In this document: positions 30,691 to 39,400 of the stretch, one piece after another
Position numbering within the stretch: the first letter of the stretch is position 1
Layout: every line of letters begins with the position of its first letter
Source of the DNA: Eledone cirrhosa
Taxonomy: Eukaryota
Assembly (NCBI GenBank): GCA_964016885.1
Contig: OZ024740.1
Coordinates: 295,926,001-295,990,000, forward strand
Length of the DNA stretch: 64,000 nt
Direction: 5' to 3'
The notes under the pieces: model-generated
Told to the model about the DNA's origin: nothing
What the model saw: the letters and a program-made list of their open reading frames with translations, nothing else
The model's database searches: none
Made by a program: the position numbers and the translations under genes

Positions 30691-30902
30691 TATTTTTATA
30701 TGTTACACTCTAAGAATTAACTAAGTGAAATAGCGTAAAAATAAAGGCTTCGTTGGTTTAAGCTATTTTTATAAAGGATGCCACAGAATGTACGATATAT
30801 AATGATTACAATATTTTTTAGCAACAACTCTAGTCCCACACTTTTGAAGGTTTATTATAACATTCTGTGGCACTTTTGAGCTTGCGCATTTTTCATGTCT
30901 AG
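30691..30902. repeat. Right arm of the 212-bp inverted repeat (internal inverted copy ending ...CATGTCTAG followed by T)
   Basis: TATTTTTATATGTTACACTC...GCGCATTTTTCATGTCTAG is the reverse complement of 29948-30159. The spacer is 531 bp (30160-30690). Confidence 0.97.
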
Positions 30903-31057
30903 TTTAATATTTTTTTAAGGCAACGCTTGTAATAACTCTAGTTAAACAGGATATATATTAATAATAAATTATCGTTGTAATGTAATTAGATTATGTAATT
31001 GTTATTATAAATTATCTTATAAATATTAGTGTAAGATGTATAAAAATATTTTCAGAC

Positions 31058-31096
31058 TTTTAATATAAACAACTACAAAAAACAATCAATATTAAA
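31058..31096 (+). repeat. 39-bp dispersed direct repeat, copy 1
   Basis: TTTTAATATAAACAACTACAAAAAACAATCAATATTAAA matches 32136-32174 at 38/39. Confidence 0.9.
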
Positions 31097-31460
31097 TCAA
31101 TATATTATACATAATAGAAAACATAAAATATACAATACAAAAACAAAATATTTACATACATTTGCAATTATCAGTGTATATACATTTTCTTTATATTCCC
31201 TGAGCAAATTAATAAGATTTGTTTTTATTGTACATAATTTGATGACTTGTTGGAGTGTATTAAAAGATAGCAACAATTTGTGATTAAATTGTTATCTTAA
31301 GCAACTCACTTTTTAATAGTTGTTGGCTGAGCGAAATTGTAAAAGCCTATGAGCAAATATAAAAAAAAATACACAAACAACATTTCCTTGTGTTATTACA
31401 ACATTAGATAAAATAATTGAGCAATGTCGTTATATTTTGCTCTTATTGCACATTAATAGT

Positions 31461-31635
31461 GTTTCTATTTTTCGGCACAAATCCATTACGGCAGTCCATT
31501 ACTGGTACTTTATTTTATCGAATTAGTAAGTATGAAAGTCGAAGTTAACCTCGGCAGGATTTGAACTTAGAATGCAAAGGACCATAACAATACTGCAAAG
31601 CATGGTGTATGACGCTCTACCAATACTTGTGTTGA
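31461..31635 (-). mobile_element. Diverged tRNA-derived SINE copy (resembles octopus SINE families, from memory)
   Basis: The minus strand has a tRNA-like A-box region TTGGTAGAGCG (~31613-31623), a B-box GTTCAAATCC (31557-31566), then GAGGTTAACTTCGACTTTCAT...TCGATAAAATAAAGTACCAGT. The last part is shared with a second copy at 32425-32470. Outer boundaries are approximate. Confidence 0.7.
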
Positions 31636-32020
31636 GCTGGTCATTAATTTATGGTGGTCGTGCGTGAAGTAGAGCAATCGCTAGTTGAAATATTATGAAC
31701 AAAACATTTTTATTTGCCGAAGAACATATTTTCAATACTGTTTGTGAATGTGACGAAGGAAATACATTCTGATATGGAACAGTGTACAAAGTGTGTCTGT
31801 GAATAACATAATGTTACCTCATGTTGTTGTCAAGACATAATGGATTTCGTTTATCCAGTTAGAAGATGAAACCTAGCCATCTCGGATTAGTTATATTTCA
31901 TGCCATGTGTAAACGTGTTTGAGGATAGCAAAATATGCGCGTTAATTATAATAATTAGTTAATAATATTACAAAATATACCTAATTAAACTCTTTGCTTG
32001 AAATTTTATCATTCTTCGTT

Positions 32021-32056
<36 letters not shown>
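32021..32056 (+). repeat. Compound microsatellite (TA)10(GA)8
   Basis: Read directly from the sequence. Confidence 0.97.
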
Positions 32057-32135
32057 CATTTATCTAGTCCTTCGCTCAAGATTAATCTATAAGTTTAGAT
32101 GTTTGCCTTCGTTTAAGTAAATATTACAGTAAGAT

Positions 32136-32174
32136 TTTTAATATAAACAACTACAAAAAACAATTAATATTAAA
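32136..32174 (+). repeat. 39-bp dispersed direct repeat, copy 2
   Basis: TTTTAATATAAACAACTACAAAAAACAATTAATATTAAA, offset 1,078 bp from copy 1. Confidence 0.9.
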
Positions 32175-32424
32175 ACGAAAAAATTATCAATGATAAAAGA
32201 AGCGGATGCAACTTTTTTTTTTATAAAGTTATATTCCTGTTTCTTTAAAGAACATTTCATTTTTGTTCTATTGTAGGCGAAATAATGCAATGGTTTAATA
32301 GGGAAGATATAACTTACGAATTATGTCTCTAACCGTGTAACGCTTTTTAAGTAGATAACTACAATTGAAAATACTAAAGAAATGGAACCAACAATTCAAT
32401 TTGAAAGTCGTCTAGTGACAGTGT

Positions 32425-32470
32425 ATTACTGGTACTTTATTTTATCGACCCCGTAACGATGAAAGGCAAA
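32425..32470 (-). mobile_element. Second, truncated fragment of the same SINE (central domain only)
   Basis: ATTACTGGTACTTTATTTTATCGA is identical to 31498-31521 and is followed by CCCCGTAACGATGAAAGGCAAA. The Pol III box region is missing. Confidence 0.7.
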
Positions 32471-32498
32471 AATGCAAATGCTTAAAATTTAAATTGCC

Positions 32499-32604
32499 TT
32501 AATTCTATCGTCTGCTGTTTCATTAAAGGGAGATTATCGTCTGTATTTAATTCTATCGTCTACTGTTCCACTAAACAGATATACCTCCACTATCGTCTCT
32601 ATTT
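32499..32604 (+). repeat. Imperfect tandem duplication of about 50 bp containing four TATCGTCT motifs
   Basis: TTAATTCTATCGTCTGCTGTTTCATTAAA...TATCGTCTGTATTT is followed by AATTCTATCGTCTACTGTTCCACTAAA...TATCGTCTCTATTT. Confidence 0.8.
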
Positions 32605-32831
32605 ATACATTTTAACTTATAACTTATACACATTTGATTTGAAATATTTTATCTAGTCCCCCCTCTCAATATTATGATGATTTCTTTCGAATGAAACAGT
32701 TCTAGTCCTGTAGAAGCCATTTATATATATAATTGAACTGAGTTAAAAATTCACAATATTTATAATTAAATAAGCTCATATATATATGTGTGTATTTATC
32801 TGTTTATTGTATTATATATAATGTGTGTATA

Positions 32832-32870
32832 TACAGGATGTCCCCCAAAAATATATACACACTTCAACAG
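32832..32870 (+). mobile_element. Possible solitary Tc1/mariner-like terminal repeat
   Basis: TA followed by CAGGATGTCCCCCAAAAATATATACACACTT resembles the TA|CAGGGTGTCCC...AAA starts of Tc1/mariner-superfamily TIRs. It sits in a TA-rich tract. No partner end found. Confidence 0.4.
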
Positions 32871-32968
32871 CATTCTAATAACTATTGCCTGTACAGGTAA
32901 TCAAAGTGTCAATCGAATGTTAGTTTCGTGTTTTAACAGTACAAATTTACAATACACACATAAAACCA

Positions 32969-33018
32969 GTGTATATACATACATGAATGTGTATACACAT
33001 ACATGAATGTGTATATAC
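32969..33018 (+). repeat. 20-bp minisatellite, 2.5 copies, within a TA/CA low-complexity tract
   Basis: GTGTATATACATACATGAAT GTGTATACACATACATGAAT GTGTATATAC. Confidence 0.9.
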
Positions 33019-33084
33019 AATATATATGTATATATATATAGACACATATATTCACGGTGCAACGGTACATTAAAATATAGATGC

Positions 33085-33320
33085 GGGAGAGGGGGGTGTA
33101 TATATAGGGGCGCTGGGGATAAAGGAGTGTAAAGCGTGTGTAATTGATATATTGAAGGAGAGGAGCGTGCAGCGATAGAGTAACAAATATATAGAGAGGG
33201 GGGAGAGATGGTATTGAAGGGGAGGAGTGCAAAGCGAAAGAGTAAGAGATATATATATAGAGACGGAACAGATAGAGAGAAACAGGCGTAAGTAACAGTG
33301 GAAGAGATATAGAGAGAGGT
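33085..33320 (+). repeat. Purine-rich region with degenerate tandem units of about 60 bp
   Basis: TATTGAAGGAGAGGAGCGTGCAGCGATAGAGTAA (~33150) and TATTGAAGGGGAGGAGTGCAAAGCGAAAGAGTAA (~33212), plus a partial AAGGAGTGTAAAGCG (~33122). Strong G/A strand bias. Confidence 0.7.
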
Positions 33321-33408
33321 ACTCTGATTGGTTGAAAATTAGCCAATGACATACGATCACCACCACCACGGCTATCCCCGAAACATTTTTAAAGAAGCTA
33401 GGCATATA

Positions 33409-33462
33409 TGTTAGAACACGAAAAGTGAACATTCTGTGTTTCACACTTTTCGTGTTCTAACA
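33409..33462. other. Terminal hairpin: perfect 19-bp stem and 16-nt loop, 2 nt from the TC end of the insertion
   Basis: TGTTAGAACACGAAAAGTG (33409-33427) pairs with CACTTTTCGTGTTCTAACA (33444-33462). Confidence 0.95.
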
Positions 33463-33464
33463 GA

Positions 33465-36400
33465 TAGACAGTGAGTGTACTGAGAATATATTATATAGAC
33501 AGTGAGTGTAATGAGAATATTTCATATAGACAGTGAATGTACCTAACAATATATTATATAGACAGTGAGTGTACTGAGAGTATATTATATAGACAGTGAG
33601 TGTACTGAGAATATATTATATAGACAGTGAGTGTACCTAAGAATATATTATATAGACAGTGAGTGTATCTAAGATCTAAGAATATATTATATAGACAGTG
33701 AGTGTACCTAAGAATATATTATATAGACAGTGAGTGTACCTAAGAATATATTATATAGACAGTGAGTGTACCTAAGAATATATTATATAGACAGTGAGTG
33801 TACCTAAGAATATATTATATAGACAGTGAGTGTACCTAAGAATATATTATATAGACAGCGAGTGTACCTAAAATATATTATATAGACAGTGAGTGTACAT
33901 AAGAATATATTATATAGACAGTGACTGTACCTACCAATATATTATATAGATAGTGAATGTACCTAACAATATATTATATAGACAGTGAGTGTACCTAAGA
34001 ATATATTATATAGACAGTTAATGTATCTAACAATATATTATATAGACAGTGAGTGTACTGAGAATATATTATATAGACAGTGAGTGTAATGAGAATATAT
34101 TATATAGACAGTGAATGTATCTAACAATATATTATATAGACAGTGAGTGTACTGAGAGTATATTATATAGACAGTGAGTGTACTGAGAATATATTATATA
34201 GACAGTGAGTGTACCTAAGAATATATTACATAGACAGTGAGTGTACCTAAGAATATATTATATAGACAGTGAGTGTACCTAAGAATATATTATATAGACA
34301 GTGAGTGTACTGAGAATATATTATATAGAGAGTGAGTGTACCTAAGAATATATTATATAGACAGTGAGTGTACCTAAGAATATATTATATAGACAGTGAG
34401 AGTACCTGAGAATATACTATATAGACAGTGAGTGTACCTAAGAATATATTATAGAGACAGTGAGTGTACCTTAGAATATATTATATAGACAGTGAGTGTA
34501 CCTTAGAATATATTATATAGACAGTGAGTGTACCAAATAATATATTATATAGACAGTGAGTCTACCTAAGAATATATTATATAGATAGTGAGTGTATCTA
34601 AGAATATATTATATAGACAGTGAGTGTATCTAAGAATATATTATATGGACAGTGAGTGTACCTAAGAATATATTATATAGATAGTAAGTGTACCTAAGAA
34701 TATATTATATAGACAGTGAGTGTACCTAAGCATATATTATATAGACAGGAGTGTACCTGAGAATATATTATATAGACAGTGAGTGTATCTAAGATCTAAG
34801 TATATATTATATAGACAGTGAGTTTACTGAGAATATATTATATAGACAGCCAGTGTACCTAAGCATATATTATATAGACAGTGAGTGTACCCGAGAATAT
34901 ATATAGACAGTGAGTGTACCTAAGAATATATTATATAGACAGTGAGTGTATCTAAGAATATATTATATAGACAGTGAGTGTACATAAGAATATATTATAT
35001 AGACAGTGAGTGTACCTAAGATATATTATATAGACAGTGAGTGTACCTAACAATATATTATATAGACAGTGAGTGTACCTAAGAATATATTATATAGACA
35101 GTGAGTGTACCTAAGAATATATTATATAGACAGTGAGTGTACCTAAGAATATATTATATAGGTAGTGAGTGTACCTAAGAATATATTATATAGACAGTGA
35201 ATGTACCTATGAATATATTATATAGATAGTGAGTGTACCTCAGAATATATTATATAGACAGTGAGTGTATCTAAGAATATATTATATAGACAGTGAGTGT
35301 ACCTATGAATATATTATATAGACAGTGACTGTACCTAAGAATATATTATATAGACAGTGAGTGTACCTAAGAATATATTATATAGACAGTGAATGTACCT
35401 AAGATTATATTATATAGACAGTGACTGTACCTAAGAATATATTATATAGACAGTGAGTGTACCTAAGATTATATTATATAGACAGTGACTGTACCTAAGA
35501 ATATATTATATAGACAGTGAGTGTACCTAAGAATATATTACATAGACAGTGAGTGTACCTAAGAATATATTATATAGACAGTGAATGTATCTAACAATAT
35601 ATTATATAGACAGTGAGTGTACTGAGAATATATTATATAGACAGTGAGTGTAATGAGAATATTTCATATAGACAGTGAATGTACCTAACAATATATTATA
35701 TAGACAGTGAGTGTACTGAGAGTATATTATATAGACAGTGAGTGTACTGAGAATATATTATATAGACAGTGAGTGTACCTAAGTATATATTATATAGACA
35801 GTGAGTGTATCTAAGATCTAAGAATATATTATATAGACAGTGAGTGTACCTAAGAATATATTATATAGACAGTGAGTGTACCTAAGAATATATTATATAG
35901 ACAGTGAGTGTACCTAAGAATATATTATATAGACAGTGAGTGTACCTAAGAATATATTATATAGACAGCGAGTGTACCTAAAACATATTATATAGACAGT
36001 GAGTGTACATAAGAATATATTATATAGACAGTGACTGTACCTACCAATATATTATATAGATAGTGAATGTACCTAACAATATATTATATAGACAGTGAGT
36101 GTACCTAAGAATATATTATATAGACAGTTAATGTATCTAACAATATATTATATAGACAGTGAGTGTACTGAGAATATATTATATAGACAGTGAGTGTAAT
36201 GAGAATATATTATATAGACAGTGAATGTATCTAACAATATATTATATAGACAGTGAGTGTACTGAGAGTATATTATATAGACAGAGAGTGTACTGAGAAT
36301 ATATTATATAGACAGTGAGTGTACCTAAGAATATATTACATAGACAGTGAGTGTACCTAAGAATATATTATATAGACAGTGAGTGTACCTAAGAATATAT

Positions 36401-39400
36401 TATATAGACAGTGAGTGTACCTTAGAATATATTATATAGACAGTGAGTGTACCAAATAATATATTATATAGACAGTGAGTCTACCTAAGAATATATTATA
36501 TAGATAGTGAGTGTATCTAAGAATATATTATATAGACAGTGAGTGTATCTAAGAATATATTATATGGACAGTGAGTGTACCTAAGAATATATTATATAGA
36601 TAGTAAGTGTACCTAAGAATATATTATATAGACAGTGAGTGTACCTAAGCATATATTATATAGACAGGAGTGTACCTGAGAATATATTATATAGACAGTG
36701 AGTGTATCTAAGATCTAAGTATATATTATATAGACAGTGAGTTTACTGAGAATATATTATATAGACAGCCAGTGTACCTAAGCATATATTATATAGACAG
36801 TGAGTGTACCCGAGAATATATATAGACAGTGAGTGTACCTAAGAATATATTATATAGACAGTGAGTGTATCTAAGAATATATTATATAGACAGTGAGTGT
36901 ACATAAGAATATATTATATAGACAGTGAGTGTACCTAAGATATATTATATAGACAGTGAGTGTACCTAACAATATATTATATAGACAGTGAGTGTACCTA
37001 AGAATATATTATATAGACAGTGAGTGTACCTAAGAATATATTATATAGACAGTGAGTGTACCTAAGAATATATTATATAGGTAGTGAGTGTACCTAAGAA
37101 TATATTATATAGACAGTGAATGTACCTAAGAATATATTATATAGATAGTGAGTGTACCTCAGAATATATTATATAGACAGTGAGTGTACCTAAGCATATA
37201 TTATATAGACAGGAGTGTACCTGAGAATATATTATATAGACAGTGAGTGTATCTAAGATCTAAGTATATATTATATAGACAGTGAGTTTACTGAGAATAT
37301 ATTATATAGACAGCCAGTGTACCTAAGCATATATTATATAGACAGTGAGTGTACCCGAGAATATATATAGACAGTGAGTGTACCTAAGAATATATTATAT
37401 AGACAGTGAGTGTATCTAAGAATATATTATATAGACAGTGAGTGTACATAAGAATATATTATATAGACAGTGAGTGTACCTAAGATATATTATATAGACA
37501 GTGAGTGTACCTAACAATATATTATATAGACAGTGAGTGTACCTAAGAATATATTATATAGACAGTGAGTGTACCTAAGAATATATTATATAGACAGTGA
37601 GTGTACCTAAGAATATATTATATAGGTAGTGAGTGTACCTAAGAATATATTATATAGACAGTGAATGTACCTAAGAATATATTATATAGATAGTGAGTGT
37701 ACCTCAGAATATATTATATAGACAGTGAGTGTATCTAAGAATATATTATATAGACAGTGAGTGTACCTATGAATATATTATATAGACAGTGACTGTACCT
37801 AAGAATATATTATATAGACAGTGAGTGTACCTAAGAATATATTATATAGACAGTGAATGTACCTAAGATTATATTATATAGACAGTGACTGTACCTAAGA
37901 ATATATTATATAGACAGTGAGTGTACCTAAGATTATATTATATAGACAGTGACTGTACCTAAGAATATATTATATAGACAGTGAGTGTACCTAAGAATAT
38001 ATTACATAGACAGTGAGTGTACCTAAGAATATATTATATAGACAGTGAATGTATCTAACAATATATTATATAGACAGTGAGTGTACTGAGAATATATTAT
38101 ATAGACAGTGAGTGTAATGAGAATATTTCATATAGACAGTGAATGTACCTAACAATATATTATATAGACAGTGAGTGTACTGAGAGTATATTATATAGAC
38201 AGTGAGTGTACTGAGAATATATTATATAGACAGTGAGTGTACCTAAGTATATATTATATAGACAGTGAGTGTATCTAAGATCTAAGAATATATTATATAG
38301 ACAGTGAGTGTACCTAAGAATATATTATATAGACAGTGAGTGTACCTAAGAATATATTATATAGACAGTGAGTGTACCTAAGAATATATTATATAGACAG
38401 TGAGTGTACCTAAGAATATATTATATAGACAGCGAGTGTACCTAAAATATATTATATAGACAGTGAGTGTACATAAGAATATATTATATAGACAGTGACT
38501 GTACCTACCAATATATTATATAGATAGTGAATGTACCTAACAATATATTATATAGACAGTGAGTGTACCTAAGAATATATTATATAGACAGTTAATGTAT
38601 CTAACAATATATTATATAGACAGTGAGTGTACTGAGAATATATTATATAGACAGTGAGTGTAATGAGAATATATTATATAGACAGTGAATGTATCTAACA
38701 ATATATTATATAGACAGTGAGTGTACTGAGAGTATATTATATAGACAGAGAGTGTACTGAGAATATATTATATAGACAGTGAGTGTACCTAAGAATATAT
38801 TACATAGACAGTGAGTGTACCTAAGAATATATTATATAGACAGTGAGTGTACCTAAGAATATATTATATAGACAGTGAGTTTACTGAGAATATATTATAT
38901 AGACAGTGAGTGTACCTAAGAATATATTATATAGACAGTGAGTGTACCTAAGAATATATTATATAGACAGTGAGTGTACCTTAGAATATATTATATAGAC
39001 AGTGATTGTGTACCAAATAATATATTATATAGACAGTGAGTCTACCTAAGAATATATTATATAGATAGGGAGTGTATCTAAGAATATATTATATAGACAG
39101 TGAGTGTATCTAAGAATATATTATATGGACAGTGAGTGTACCTAAGAATATATTATATAGATAGTGAGTGTACCTAAGAATATATTATATAGACAGTGAG
39201 TGTACCTAAGCATATATTATATAGACAGGAGTGTACCTGAGAATATATTATATAGACAGTGAGTGTATCTAAGATCTAAGAATATATTATATAGACAGTG
39301 AGTTTACTGAGAATATATTATATAGACAGCAAGTGTACCTAAGCATATATTATATAGACAGTGAGTGTACCCGAGAATATATATAGACAGTGAGTGTACC

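Larger units (their letters stand above)
29948..33464 (-). mobile_element. Non-autonomous Helitron-like (rolling-circle) composite element, 3,517 bp
   Basis: The minus strand reads ...tgtctA|TCTGTTAGAACACG...TTTTTCATGTCTAG|Tataata..., giving 5' TC, 3' CTAG, insertion between A and T and no TSD (1-bp junction ambiguity only). An empty-site equivalent is present at 35606/35607. No Rep/helicase ORF. The canonical GC-rich 3' hairpin is weak (only TGCGCA at 29962-29967, 10 nt from the CTAG). Confidence 0.8.

Noticed and set aside
31540-31635. Functional tRNA gene
   Set aside because: Only A-box-like and B-box-like motifs are present, I cannot form a cloverleaf, and it runs into a repeat domain duplicated at 32425. 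A SINE head fits better.
32788-33006. 72-aa plus-strand ORF
   Set aside because: It begins with GTG in a TA/TG microsatellite and ends in a minisatellite. The Y/I/C/T bias reflects dinucleotide repeats and there is no recognisable domain.
32933-33444. 139-aa and 124-aa overlapping minus-strand ORFs as possible Rep/transposase remnants
   Set aside because: They stay open because the CT-rich strand is poor in stop codons. Composition is L/S/P/Y/I low complexity, with no convincing HUH/Y2, helicase or DDE motifs.
33409-33464. Plus-strand Helitron with the 19-bp hairpin as its 3' hairpin, or a rho-independent terminator
   Set aside because: The plus strand would start CT and end GA, with no CTRR downstream of the stem, whereas the minus strand fits A|TC...CTAG|T exactly. 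There is no U-tract after the stem and no bacterial context.
29948-33464. LTR retrotransposon or LINE insertion
   Set aside because: No long direct terminal repeats, no TG...CA boundaries at the junctions, no poly(A) tail, no TSD and no reverse transcriptase ORF.
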